A stretch of DNA of 64,000 bases, from assembly GCA_022823365.1 (NCBI GenBank), contig JAJDXG010000045.1, positions 30,486 through 94,485 on the forward strand, read 5' to 3'. The stretch is from Gemmatimonadota bacterium. GTDB taxonomy: Bacteria > Gemmatimonadota > Gemmatimonadetes > Longimicrobiales > Gaopeijiaceae. The notes under the pieces were generated by a model. It had not been told where the DNA came from and searched no databases. It saw nothing but the letters and a program-made list of their open reading frames with translations. This document shows positions 9,402 to 19,008 of this stretch, piece after piece. The translations under genes were made by a program, and so were the position numbers. Every line of letters starts with the position of its first letter. Position 1 is the stretch's first letter.

Positions 9402-11033
9402 ATGTCAGAGGATCGAAAAGGCGGGATCGAGCGAAGGCGTTTTCTGGGGATGGCCGCTGCCGGAGTCGCTGCCGGGGGCTTGCGCCCGGAGATCGTGCTC
9501 GGCGAGGAGCGTCGCTCTCCCGTAGCCGGGATGCGTACCCTTCAGGAAGCCCAGGAGCAGGAGCTGGTGCCGCTCGGGAACGGCGAACCGCCGGCAACCC
9601 AGTTCCAGGCGTATCCGGGAGGGACGGGATCGCTGCTCGAGAAACTGTGGAGGGACACCGGAGGGTCCCCCTTCGAACGCCACGAGATCGAGATCGGGCC
9701 CTGGCCTGGACCGGCCCCGACCGATCCCCAGGAGATCGCCTTTCTCCCGGCGCACCGGCTGGGCGCACTCATTCGAGAGCGCAAGATCACGTCCGAGGAG
9801 CTGACCGAGATCTACCTCGACCGGATGAAGCGCCACGACCCGACGCTCCTGTGTGCGGTGAGCATCCTGGAGGATCGCGCGCGTGAGGAAGCAAAGCGCG
9901 CCGACGCCGATCTGCGCGCAGGGCGCTGGCGCGGACCGCTGCACGGGGTGCCGTGGGGCGTGAAGGATCTCTTCGTCGTGCGCGGAACCCGCACGACATG
10001 GGGATCCGACGATTTCCGGGATCAGGTGATCGACGAGGACTCTGAACTCGTGGTGCGTCTGCGCGAGGCGGGCGCCGTCCTGATCGCCAAGCTTTCCACC
10101 GGGCAATTCGCGGCGGGCGACAACTGGTACCGTGGCCGGACGAGGAACCCCTGGAATCCCGAGCAGGGATCGAGCGGGTCGTCGGCGGGGCCGGGTTCGG
10201 CCACCGCGGCGGGCCTGGTCGGCTTCTCCATCGGCACCGAGACCCAGGGCTCGATCGTGAGCCCGTCGAGGCGCAACGGCCTGAGCGGCCTGCGGCCGAC
10301 CTTCGGGCGCATCTCGCGCCACGGCGGCATGGTGCTCTCGTGGACCATGGACAAGCCGGGCCCCATGTGCCGGAGCGTCGAGGACTGCGCGCTGGTGTTC
10401 AACGCCATCCACGGAGCGGACCCCAAGGATCCCGCGACGCTGACGGCCCCCTTCCGCTTCGAGCGCAACCCCGACCTCTCGCAAATGCGCATCGGCTTCA
10501 CGGAAGATGCGCCCGAAGCCTTTGTGGCAACGCTGGCGGAACTCGGAGCCGACCCGCAGCCCATGGCCGAACTGCCGGAGGGCGGCTCCAACTCGCTCGG
10601 CGTCGAGTCGTCGGCCGCCTTCGACTTCCATGTGGCGCCCGGAGGCGTGCTCGAGCAGGTCCCCGAGCCTCCCGAGGGAGAGGAAGCGCGCCCGCCGCGG
10701 TTCCACCGCGGACGCGACATCCTGGCGCTCGACTACGTCCAGTCGCTCAGGCGGCGCCACATCCTGATGAAGGAGATGGCGGAGGCGATGGAGGGCTTCG
10801 ACATGTTCGTGACCGGATCCGGCGAGACGCGGCTCACGAACCAGACCGGGCATCCGGCGGTGGTTCTGCCCTACGACTTCGGAGACGGCAACACCGAGGA
10901 CGACTTCGACCACGAGCAGCCGATCTGCACGACGATCATCGGCGACCTGTTTGCGGACGACAGGATTCTGAGCGTGGCGCACGCCTACCAGTCGGTGACC
11001 GACTGGCATCGGATGCATCCGGATCTGGCGTAG
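9402..11033 (+). CDS. amidase (amidase-signature family), TAT-exported
   Basis: ORF 9276..11033, with the start moved to ATG 9402 after GAGGGAGAG. TAT signal ERRRFLGMAAAGVAAGG, plus GVPWGVKD and the AS block GSSGSSAGPGSATAAGLVGFSIGTETQGSIVSPS. Confidence 0.85.
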   Translation: MSEDRKGGIERRRFLGMAAAGVAAGGLRPEIVLGEERRSPVAGMRTLQEAQEQELVPLGNGEPPATQFQAYPGGTGSLLEKLWRDTGGSPFERHEIEIGPWPGPAPTDPQEIAFLPAHRLGALIRERKITSEELTEIYLDRMKRHDPTLLCAVSILEDRAREEAKRADADLRAGRWRGPLHGVPWGVKDLFVVRGTRTTWGSDDFRDQVIDEDSELVVRLREAGAVLIAKLSTGQFAAGDNWYRGRTRNPWNPEQGSSGSSAGPGSATAAGLVGFSIGTETQGSIVSPSRRNGLSGLRPTFGRISRHGGMVLSWTMDKPGPMCRSVEDCALVFNAIHGADPKDPATLTAPFRFERNPDLSQMRIGFTEDAPEAFVATLAELGADPQPMAELPEGGSNSLGVESSAAFDFHVAPGGVLEQVPEPPEGEEARPPRFHRGRDILALDYVQSLRRRHILMKEMAEAMEGFDMFVTGSGETRLTNQTGHPAVVLPYDFGDGNTEDDFDHEQPICTTIIGDLFADDRILSVAHAYQSVTDWHRMHPDLA

Positions 11034-11042
11034 GGAGAGAGA

Positions 11043-11894
11043 CTACCAGCGACGGCCGAGGGTTCGGGAGCGGGTTCCCCATAACGACCGGCTGGCGAGC
11101 CCGAGCAGCTTGCGGGTGATGAGTTCGCCGTCGAGGCGGATGCCGTTCAGGATCGCGGCCGCCTCGGCGAGAGAGAGCGGTTGCTCGCTTTCCGGGTCGA
11201 CGACGGTTTCCTCTTCCCCGAGCATGCCCGGAGGCGCCATGATGTCGCCGGATTCGCCTTCGGCCCGGGTGTTGTCTCCGGTGAGTTCGGCGTCCGAGAA
11301 GGCTTCGCCCGCCTGGACGCCCCGGCGGCCCCCGGTATCGAGTGAATCGAGCATGCGACGGGCGAAGGCGAGGTTCCACGCCGCCTCCTCGCTGCCGGGG
11401 CTCAGGCGGAGGGCGTTTCGGTTTTCCTCCGTGGCGGCCACGACGTGGACCAGGGCCGAGTCGGAGCCGGGCGCGGCCATGGCGGCGCGCAGGCTGGCGA
11501 CGCCCAGGTTGTACCAGGCGAGGGAGCGCAGGTGGTCGTCCGGGCCAGCCGCGCCGCGGGACAGGCGGGCGCGGGCATCCGGGGTTTCGGACAGTTCGAG
11601 CAGGGTGGTGCCCAGGTTGTAGTGAAGGTGCGGGGCGCGGGGCGCCACGGCGGGCGCGGGCCCGGTGTCGCGATCGGTTTCCTCCGGCGAGGCGGGCGAC
11701 TGGGCGGCAACTTCGCCCGGGGCGGTCGGGACTTCTTCCTGCAACCGCGCGCGGTAGATGCGGGCGGCCGAACTCCAGTCGCCGCGACGGTGCAGCCGGT
11801 TCGCGCGCTCCTCGCTGGCACGTTCGGCGAAGACCACCGCAGTGAGTGCGGCGGCCAGGAAGGCCGCGACCACCAGACGGGTGCGGGTGGTCAT
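11043..11894 (-). CDS. TPR-like BatC-type protein
   Basis: N-terminal TM segment (LVVAAFLAAALTAVVF) followed by TPR-like helices (HLHYNLGTTLLE, AWYNLGVASL, AAWNLAFA). Its ATG 11894 overlaps the upstream VWA gene stop (ATGA). It is the last gene of the MoxR/VWA operon. Confidence 0.7.
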   Translation of the reverse strand: MTTRTRLVVAAFLAAALTAVVFAERASEERANRLHRRGDWSSAARIYRARLQEEVPTAPGEVAAQSPASPEETDRDTGPAPAVAPRAPHLHYNLGTTLLELSETPDARARLSRGAAGPDDHLRSLAWYNLGVASLRAAMAAPGSDSALVHVVAATEENRNALRLSPGSEEAAWNLAFARRMLDSLDTGGRRGVQAGEAFSDAELTGDNTRAEGESGDIMAPPGMLGEEETVVDPESEQPLSLAEAAAILNGIRLDGELITRKLLGLASRSLWGTRSRTLGRRW

Positions 11895-12970
11895 GGGCGG
11901 AGTTCCGGAGGGGTCGACCACGGGAATCGCAACAGGCTGCGCGGCCGGCCGGGACCGGTCGCAAGAGGTCGCAGACGGGCGCTGCCCGGGCGGTCCATCA
12001 GGCCGTCGGCGGCCAGCAGCAGAAGCGCCAGCAGGGTCAGCCAGGTTACCGGGTCGCCTACGCCGCCGCTGCCTTCACCGTCTTCGGGAACGCGGCGGAA
12101 ACGGGCGGCGAGTTCGGCCAGGCCGCGGTCGTCGGACGCGTCCAGGTAGCCGCCCCCGCCGGCGCGGGCGACACCCCGTAGCAGCCGTTCATTCAGCCGC
12201 GAGACCACCGGTGCGCCGCCTGCGTCCGTGACCGGAGCGCCCGCGCCGTCCCCCAGCCCCGCCCCCGCCGCCGTGCCGATCCCCGCGACCCAGATGCGGA
12301 CATCCCCCGCCGCCGCGAGGGCCGCGCTGTCCGCGACCGCGAACTCGTCCTCGTGCGCCTCGCCATCGGTCACCAGCACGATCACGCGCTCCCTTCCCTC
12401 CTCCCGGCGCGCGTCGAGCTGGCGCCGCGCCTCGCCGATGGCCCCGCTCACCCGGGTGCCCTGGTCGCGCTCGCCCAGGAAGTTCTCCGCCAGCGAGTCG
12501 GCGAAGAAGCGCACCACCTGCTGGTCGGCGGTAATCGGGGCGAGCGTGTGCGGCCAGTCGGCGAACACCACCAGTCCGACGCGCTCGCCCGGGAGCGCCT
12601 CCAGTAGCGCGCCGACCACCTCCTTGGCGCGGCTCATGCGCCCGCCCGGCACGTCCCGCGCCCCCATCGACGCGGAGATGTCCAGCGCGACAACGACGTC
12701 GACCGGACGCGAGGCGCTCAGGCTGATTCCCGGCCCGAAGCGCACGCCGGCGGCCGCGAGGACCATCACGGTCACGGCAACGCCGAGAACCCGTAACCGC
12801 CGCCGGGGAAAGTCCACCAGGTCGCGGGTGGTGAGGCGCGCGGCCGCCTCCTCTCCGCCGAACCCCTCTGCCAACCGCCGCAGCCGCCGGGTGGTCCAGG
12901 CCAGCGCGAAGGCGGCCAAGCCGATCGCGACCGGCAGAAGGAGCAGGAGCACCGGGCGCGCAAACGTCAT
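11891..12970 (-). CDS. VWA domain protein (BatB-like)
   Basis: N-terminal TM helices and the MIDAS motif VVALDISASM, then GLVVFADWPHTLAPIT and VIVLVTDGEAHED. Confidence 0.85.
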   Translation of the reverse strand: MTFARPVLLLLLPVAIGLAAFALAWTTRRLRRLAEGFGGEEAAARLTTRDLVDFPRRRLRVLGVAVTVMVLAAAGVRFGPGISLSASRPVDVVVALDISASMGARDVPGGRMSRAKEVVGALLEALPGERVGLVVFADWPHTLAPITADQQVVRFFADSLAENFLGERDQGTRVSGAIGEARRQLDARREEGRERVIVLVTDGEAHEDEFAVADSAALAAAGDVRIWVAGIGTAAGAGLGDGAGAPVTDAGGAPVVSRLNERLLRGVARAGGGGYLDASDDRGLAELAARFRRVPEDGEGSGGVGDPVTWLTLLALLLLAADGLMDRPGSARLRPLATGPGRPRSLLRFPWSTPPELRP

Positions 12971-12977
12971 GGCGTCC

Positions 12978-13955
12978 TCACGGCAGCACCGCCCAGCGCG
13001 AGGCCCGCAACCCGACCGCCGCCAGCACCAGCGCCAGCGCTCCGGTCACCAGAAGGAACCGGAAGGGCACCAGGGCGGTGGTGAGCCGCGTTTCCTGTGA
13101 GGTCGTCTCGAGGCGGTCGATCTCCGCGTAGATCGAGTCCAGCGCGACCACATCCGCCGCCGAGAAGTAGCGCCCCCCGGTGATGCGCGCCGCCTGGGTG
13201 AGCACCGTCTCCATTCGCTGCCGCCGGGTCGGGGCGCCGGCCCTTTCCGCGCCGTCGGCCGGCCCGGGGGGATCGGGCCGCCCGATCGCCACCGGATAGA
13301 TGCGCACGCCCACGGCCGCGGCCGCGCGCGCCGCCATGGCGGGCACAAGGCCATCGCGGTTGTGCGCGCCGTCAGTGACCAGGACCAGCACCTTCGAGTC
13401 GTGCGGGGCAGCGGCCAACAGCGCCGAGCCCGCGGCGATCGCGCCCGCGATGTCGGTGCCGTCGATGAGCAGCCCCACCTCCATCCCGTCGATCGCGTGG
13501 TCCACCAGGTAGTGGTCGCGGGTGAGGGGCAGCCGGGTGAGCGCTTCGCCGGCGAACGTGACCACGCCGATGGCGTCGTCGCGGCCCGCCACGAAGCGCC
13601 TGGCCGCGGCCTTGGCGGCCTCCAGGCGAGTGGCCGATCCCTCCATGTCGTCGGCCCACATCGACGTGGACAGGTCCACCGCCACCACGATCCCCGTGCC
13701 GCCCTCCACCGGCTCTTCGTGGGCGGTGATCAGGCGGGGGTGGGCGAGCGCGACGACCAGGCCGGCGAGGGCGGCGGCGCGCAGTCCCCGCGGAAGCGCA
13801 TCAACCACCGTCCAGAGGCGGCTCCCCCGCAACCGCACCGATCCCGCCGATGCGAAGAGCATGCCGGAGGTGCGCCGGGGCCGGACCCACCACAGCCAGA
13901 GAGGCACCAGAGCGAGCAGAACCAGCCACTCCGGACGGGCCAGCTGGACGCTCAC
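12978..13955 (-). CDS. VWA domain protein (BatA-like)
   Basis: ORF 12978..14207. I chose GTG 13955 (VSVQLARPEWLVLLALVPLWLWW), which overlaps the upstream stop (GTGA). MIDAS motif VVAVDLSTSM, then IGVVTFAGEA and LVLVTDGAHN. Confidence 0.85.
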   Translation of the reverse strand: MSVQLARPEWLVLLALVPLWLWWVRPRRTSGMLFASAGSVRLRGSRLWTVVDALPRGLRAAALAGLVVALAHPRLITAHEEPVEGGTGIVVAVDLSTSMWADDMEGSATRLEAAKAAARRFVAGRDDAIGVVTFAGEALTRLPLTRDHYLVDHAIDGMEVGLLIDGTDIAGAIAAGSALLAAAPHDSKVLVLVTDGAHNRDGLVPAMAARAAAAVGVRIYPVAIGRPDPPGPADGAERAGAPTRRQRMETVLTQAARITGGRYFSAADVVALDSIYAEIDRLETTSQETRLTTALVPFRFLLVTGALALVLAAVGLRASRWAVLP

Positions 13956-15019
13956 TGCGAGCCCTCGCCCGCGATTCCCGCGCGCATCGTCGCAAACGCC
14001 GGCGCCTGTCCCGAGGCGTCGACCCACGCGCGCATCGTCTCCCAGTCGCGTTCGGCCGTGGCCGCCCCCTCCTCCCGCGCGGCCGCGGCGGCGAACTTCG
14101 CCACCTCGCCCCGCCCCATCGCACCTGCCAGGGCGTCCAGGTCGGGCCACCCGGGCGCGGCGGCCAGGTCGCGCATCAGCTCCGTGCTCGTCCGGCTGCG
14201 ATTCCACGAGGGGTCGAAGTGCGCCATGTAGGCGCGTATTACATCCCCCGAGTCCTCGTAGAAGTCGCGCAGCCGTCCCGCCCGGTGGTCGCCGCGCGCG
14301 CGCAGCCGGTCAAGTTCGGCGAGCGCCCGCTCCCTCCATTCCTCCGGCGTCTCCGGCGGGGCCTCGACCTGGGCCCCGGCAGCCGCGCGCACCGCCAGCC
14401 ACTCCCTCGCGTGCACCGTCACCACGCCGAGCAACAGCAGGGACAGCAACGACGCCCCCAACACGGCCGGGACGTTCCAGTTGAAACCGACCACGTCCGC
14501 CGGCGGCCTCGGCTGCAGGCCCTGCGCGATGTCGTCGAGCAGGATAGGCGAGGTCACGAACACCCGCCGTCCGGCGATCACGAGACGGTCCTGCGGCCAC
14601 CCGGCCGGCCCGTCCTCCACGCGAACACGCTCCCCACCCGCCTCCGCCTCCCCGCTTGTCATCTCCAGCTGCGGGGTCGCCGCGAGCCCGATCTCGAAGG
14701 GAATCAGGTCGTATTCGAGCGCGACCCGGAGGGATCCGTCCCCCGTCTCGGCCACATCGGTCCGGACGCGCCGCAGGCTCTCCACGCTCCACTCGGGAAG
14801 AAGCGTCGCGGGCACGCGCAGATCCCGGCCGGGGGGTACGTAGACGGTCGCATGGAGGGTGAAGGGATCTCCCAGCTCAACCGTGTCCGGGGACACGCGC
14901 ACCGCCTGAACCGCCGCCCGATCCTGCATCGCGTGCGCGTTCGGCGCCCACGCCACCATGGACGCGGCCACCGTCAGCCATCCAACCCCGACCCTCATCC
15001 ACGCCCCCGAGCCAGCCAT
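13952..15019 (-). CDS. hypothetical membrane protein of the Bat/MoxR operon (BatD/DUF4381-like position)
   Basis: Has a signal peptide, a central TM segment (VPAVLGASLLSLLLLGVVTV) and a C-terminal helical region. Its ATG overlaps the DUF58 stop (TGATG at 15017..15021). Confidence 0.55.
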   Translation of the reverse strand: MAGSGAWMRVGVGWLTVAASMVAWAPNAHAMQDRAAVQAVRVSPDTVELGDPFTLHATVYVPPGRDLRVPATLLPEWSVESLRRVRTDVAETGDGSLRVALEYDLIPFEIGLAATPQLEMTSGEAEAGGERVRVEDGPAGWPQDRLVIAGRRVFVTSPILLDDIAQGLQPRPPADVVGFNWNVPAVLGASLLSLLLLGVVTVHAREWLAVRAAAGAQVEAPPETPEEWRERALAELDRLRARGDHRAGRLRDFYEDSGDVIRAYMAHFDPSWNRSRTSTELMRDLAAAPGWPDLDALAGAMGRGEVAKFAAAAAREEGAATAERDWETMRAWVDASGQAPAFATMRAGIAGEGSQ

Positions 15020-15960
15020 CAGACCGCCCGCCCCCGCCGTCGAGCCGGCGTCCGCTCGCGCGCCCGGAAGAACTCCGCCAGCACGGGCACGTAGTCGTCC
15101 TCCGACCCGACTTCCACGACTTCCAGCCCCAGTTCGTGAAAGAGGCGGGTCAGTCGTTCCCGCGCTTCGACGGTCTGTTTCGCATAGGCGGCGCGCACGC
15201 CCTCGTGCCCGGTATCCACGATGCGGCGCGCCCCCGACTCCGGGTCCACCACCCGCACCAGACCCACATCCGGGAGCCCTATCTGCCCGGGATCGTTCAG
15301 GCGGATGGGCACCAGGTCGTGCTGGAAGCTGAAGCGGCTCGCGATGCGCGGCAGGCGGGGGTCGGCCTCGAAATCCACGAGAAAGTCGCTGATAAGGAAG
15401 ACCGCCGCCCGTCGCCGCAGCACCTTCGCCAGAAGCTCGAGGCCGGGGGAAAGCCTCGTGCGCCGGCCGGTGGGCTCGAGCGAGAGCAGCTCGAAGATCA
15501 GCCGCAGGGCGTGGCGCCGGCCCGTGTCGGGGGGGATGAAGAGCTCCGTTCGATCGGTGACCACCAGCAGCCCGACGTGATCGTTGTTGCGCGCAGCCGA
15601 GAGCGCCAGGATGCAGGCGATCTCGCTCGCGATGCGGGCGTTGGACGAAAAGCCGGTGCCGAAGTCCTGCGATCCCGAGAGATCCACCATGAGCATCGCC
15701 GTGAGCTCGCGCTCCTCCTCGTGCTGCTTGATGAAGAGGCGGCCCCGGCGAGCGGTGACGTTCCAGTCGATGGAGCGGATGTCGTCGCCGGGCTGGTACT
15801 CGCGCACCTCCGAGAACTCGAGCCCGCGGCCCTTGAACACCGAGCGGTACTCGCCGCTGAAGAGCGACTCCACCAGCCCGCGGGTGCGCAACTCGATCTG
15901 CTTCACCCGCGCCGAGAAGACCCGGGGATGCTCGTGTGCGATGGACTCCCGTCCGGCCAC
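15019..15960 (-). CDS. DUF58 domain protein
   Basis: ORF 15019..16125. DUF58 signature SGEYRSVFKGRGLEFSEVREYQPGDDIRSIDWNVTAR. I chose the GTG start at 15960 because the MoxR stop is at 15986. Confidence 0.8.
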   Translation of the reverse strand: MAGRESIAHEHPRVFSARVKQIELRTRGLVESLFSGEYRSVFKGRGLEFSEVREYQPGDDIRSIDWNVTARRGRLFIKQHEEERELTAMLMVDLSGSQDFGTGFSSNARIASEIACILALSAARNNDHVGLLVVTDRTELFIPPDTGRRHALRLIFELLSLEPTGRRTRLSPGLELLAKVLRRRAAVFLISDFLVDFEADPRLPRIASRFSFQHDLVPIRLNDPGQIGLPDVGLVRVVDPESGARRIVDTGHEGVRAAYAKQTVEARERLTRLFHELGLEVVEVGSEDDYVPVLAEFFRARERTPARRRGRAV

Positions 15961-15985
15961 GGCGCCTTCCGCGGCTACCTGTCTC

Positions 15986-16987
15986 TCATGGCGAAGGCAC
16001 CGCCTCCAGCACCCGCCGGACGACCTCGTCCGTGCCGACGCCGCGCGCGTCCGCCTCGTAGGTGGTGCGCAGCCGGTGCGGCAGAACCATGGGCGCCATC
16101 GCCTTGACATCGTCGGGAAGGACAAAGCTCCGCCCGCGAAGCCATGCCCGCGCCCGCGCGGTGCGCGCCAGAAAGATGGACGTCCGCGGCGAAGTGCCGA
16201 AGTCGATCAGGCTCTCCAGCTCCTCAAGCCCGTACCTGGCCGGCTCACGGGTGGCGAAGGCCAGCTCCACGATGTAGTCGAGGACGGCTTCCTCCACGTG
16301 CACCGCCGCCACCCGCCCGCGTGCGCGGAACACCTCCTCCACGCCCGCCACCGGGTCCAACGGGGTTCCGGCCCGGTCTCCGGCCCAGCGCACGATCTCC
16401 TTCTCCTCGTCCCGGGACGGATATCCGATGTCCAGCTTCATGGCGAAGCGGTCCAGCTGCGCTTCGGCCAGGGGATAGGTGCCGTGCAGCTCCACCGGGT
16501 TCTGCGTTGCCAGGACCATGAAGGGATCGGCCAGCCTAAAGGTGTCGCCGGCGATGGACACCTGGCGCTCCTCCATCGCCTCGAGCAGCGCCGCCTGCAC
16601 CTTGGGGGGCGCCCGGTTGATCTCGTCGGCCAGCACGATGTTGGAGAAGACCGGACCCTTGTGGACCCGGAACTCGCCCGAGCGCGCATCCAGGATCGGG
16701 GTGCCGGCGATGTCGCTCGGAAGCAGATCCGGGGTGAACTGGATGCGGCTGAAGCCGGTGTCGATGGCGTTGGCCAGCGTGCGCACCATGAGCGTCTTGG
16801 CGAGCCCCGGAAGGCCTTCCAGCAGTACGTGGCCTCCCGTGAGCAGAGCGATGAGGAGGGCTTCGACCGCGGCGTCCTGGCCCACCACGCGCTCGCGCAC
16901 GGCGGCGGTGACCCTGCGCGACAGCCCGAGCCCGGCTTCCCCGGCGCCGGCTTCCCGCGCCAGCACCCCCGCTGCGTCGCCGGGCAT
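15986..16987 (-). CDS. MoxR-family AAA+ ATPase
   Basis: ORF 15986..17749, with the start moved to ATG 16987 (MPGDAAG). GHVLLEGLPGLAKT, VLADEINRAPPKVQAALLEAMEERQV and FMVLATQNP are AAA_3 hallmarks. Confidence 0.9.
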   Translation of the reverse strand: MPGDAAGVLAREAGAGEAGLGLSRRVTAAVRERVVGQDAAVEALLIALLTGGHVLLEGLPGLAKTLMVRTLANAIDTGFSRIQFTPDLLPSDIAGTPILDARSGEFRVHKGPVFSNIVLADEINRAPPKVQAALLEAMEERQVSIAGDTFRLADPFMVLATQNPVELHGTYPLAEAQLDRFAMKLDIGYPSRDEEKEIVRWAGDRAGTPLDPVAGVEEVFRARGRVAAVHVEEAVLDYIVELAFATREPARYGLEELESLIDFGTSPRTSIFLARTARARAWLRGRSFVLPDDVKAMAPMVLPHRLRTTYEADARGVGTDEVVRRVLEAVPSP

Positions 16988-18711
16988 CAGGCCAGATGCA
17001 TCGTGCGCCCGCCGACCACGGTGCGGACGATGCCGATCTCCTGAAACGCCTCGGGGTCGGTCTCGTGCGGATCCTCGGCGAGGATCACGAAGTCGGCCAG
17101 CTTCCCGGGCGTGATGGATCCCTTGAGGTGCTCCTCGTGAGAGGCGCGCGCGCCGTTGATGGTGGCGATGCGCAGGGCCTCGCTCACGGTCACGCGCTGG
17201 TTGGGCCCCCAGACCCGGCCCTCGGAGTCGGTGCGGGTCACCATCGACTGCAGCGCCATCATCGGCTCGTAGGGCCCCGGCACGTAGTCGGAGGCGCCCG
17301 CCACCGGGATGTCGTATTCGAGGAAGGAGCGGTGCGCGAACATGAAGCGCATCTTCTCCTCGCCGTACTCGATCCACTTGTTCCCGTGGTAGTAGACGTA
17401 GGTCCAGAACGGGGTCGGCACCGAGCCGGTGTCGCGGATGCGCGCGAGCAGCGAGGGGTTCACCAGCGTGCAGTGCTCGAGGCGATGGCGCGGATCGGGG
17501 CGCGGCCACATGCGCTGCACGCGCTCGTAGGCGTTGAGCACCATGTCGATGGCGACGTCGCCGTTGCAGTGGATGCCGATCTGGAGGTCGTGGCGGTGGG
17601 CGTCCTCCACGACCTCGTGGACCTCCTCCTGGGTCATCGTGAGGATGCCGAAGTCGTCCGGGCGCCCGATGTAGGGCGTGCTCATGGCCATGGTGCGGCC
17701 GGAGGCGGACCCGTCGGCGTTGTACTTGACGCCGCCCACGCGCACCCACTCGTCGCCGAACCCGCTATGGATGCCGGCCGCTTTCAGCCCGGGCGTCATC
17801 AGACCCAGGCAGTACATGGCGATCCGGCAGCGCAGCTCGCCCGCCCTGTAGGCATCCTGGTAGGCGACGGCGTAGTCGGTGCTGCAGCCGGTATCGTGGA
17901 GCGACGTGAGGCCGGCCGCGGTGGTGAGTTCGGAGATGAGCTTCACCCCCGCCTGGCGCTGCTCGCGGGTGGAGCCGGAGGGGAGGAGCCCCTGGAAGAG
18001 GTTGTTGGCGTTCTCGGCCAGGAGCCCGTTCAGCTCGCCGTCGTCGAGTTGGATCTGGCCGCCGGGGGGCGACTCGGTTTCCGCGGTGATGCCGGCGAGC
18101 TCGAAGGCGCGGCTGTTGTACCAGTAGAGGTGGCCGCCCCGGTGGGAGACGCGGACCGGATGGTCCGGGACCCAGCCGTCCAGGTCGCGGCGGGTGATGC
18201 GGCGCCCTTCGCGCACCTTGGTGTCGTCGTACTTGAAGGCGAGCACCCACTCGCCCGGGGGCTTGCCGGCGGCGCCCTCGCGCAGGCGTTCGCCGATCTC
18301 GGCCATGGAGCGCACGTCCAGGTTGACCTCGGTGAGCTCGCGCACGCCGCCCGAGGCGGGATGGAGGTGGGCGTCGATGAAGCCCGGCGTGACGGTCATG
18401 CCCTCCGCGTCGATGACCTCGGTGCCGGGACCGGCGAGATTCCTGATGTCGTCGCTCGACCCGACCGCGATGAAGCGCGAGTTCTTGACCGCGAAGGCCT
18501 CGGCCTGCGGCAGGTCGTCGTCCACGGTGTAGACGCGTCCCCCGACCAGGATCAAGTCCGGGGTGACGTCGCCCGCCTCCTGAAGGCGGGCACTGGCGCG
18601 GGCACGCGCGAACCTCGCGTCCGATCCGCGCAACTCGAAGTCGCCGATGCCGAAGCCGGTGGCGAGGGCGGCGCCGATGCCGAGAAACTCTCCCCTCGAG
18701 TAGCGGTTCAT
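16987..18711 (-). CDS. amidohydrolase (Amidohydro_3 / YtcJ-like metal-dependent hydrolase), probably exported
   Basis: This is the C-terminal 574 aa of the 1083-aa track ORF, from ATG 18711 (MNRYSRGEFLGIGAALATGFG). Contains PGFIDAHLHP, IGIHCNGD and GASDY. Its stop overlaps the MoxR ATG (TGATG at 16985..16989). Confidence 0.85.
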   Translation of the reverse strand: MNRYSRGEFLGIGAALATGFGIGDFELRGSDARFARARASARLQEAGDVTPDLILVGGRVYTVDDDLPQAEAFAVKNSRFIAVGSSDDIRNLAGPGTEVIDAEGMTVTPGFIDAHLHPASGGVRELTEVNLDVRSMAEIGERLREGAAGKPPGEWVLAFKYDDTKVREGRRITRRDLDGWVPDHPVRVSHRGGHLYWYNSRAFELAGITAETESPPGGQIQLDDGELNGLLAENANNLFQGLLPSGSTREQRQAGVKLISELTTAAGLTSLHDTGCSTDYAVAYQDAYRAGELRCRIAMYCLGLMTPGLKAAGIHSGFGDEWVRVGGVKYNADGSASGRTMAMSTPYIGRPDDFGILTMTQEEVHEVVEDAHRHDLQIGIHCNGDVAIDMVLNAYERVQRMWPRPDPRHRLEHCTLVNPSLLARIRDTGSVPTPFWTYVYYHGNKWIEYGEEKMRFMFAHRSFLEYDIPVAGASDYVPGPYEPMMALQSMVTRTDSEGRVWGPNQRVTVSEALRIATINGARASHEEHLKGSITPGKLADFVILAEDPHETDPEAFQEIGIVRTVVGGRTMHLA

Positions 18712-19008
18712 GGACTCCTCCGGGCCAAGTCGTTGATAATCTGCTAATTTCAACCCGAGGCACGCCCGTGCAAGTACAGAGAAACGGAGAGCGAATGGGC
18801 TTCGGGTTCGCGGGACGCGAGATCGGCGACCTGTACGAATACACTTGCGCGCCGCGCGCCCACGACCCGGGAGACAGGGTCGGGATCGTCGTGCTGCGGG
18901 AGGGGGAGCGGGTGACGCTCCCGGCCGCGCCTGGCTACCGCTGAGACGGGCGCGGGGAGCGCGGCCACGACCCTGGCGCGCTCGCTGGCGGAGCACGAGG
19001 AACGGCTG

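Noticed and set aside
15986-17749. 587-aa extended version of the MoxR ORF
   Set aside because: The N-terminal 250 residues are Arg/Gly/Pro/His-rich and overlap the amidohydrolase coding frame. ATG 16987 gives a normal 334-aa MoxR.
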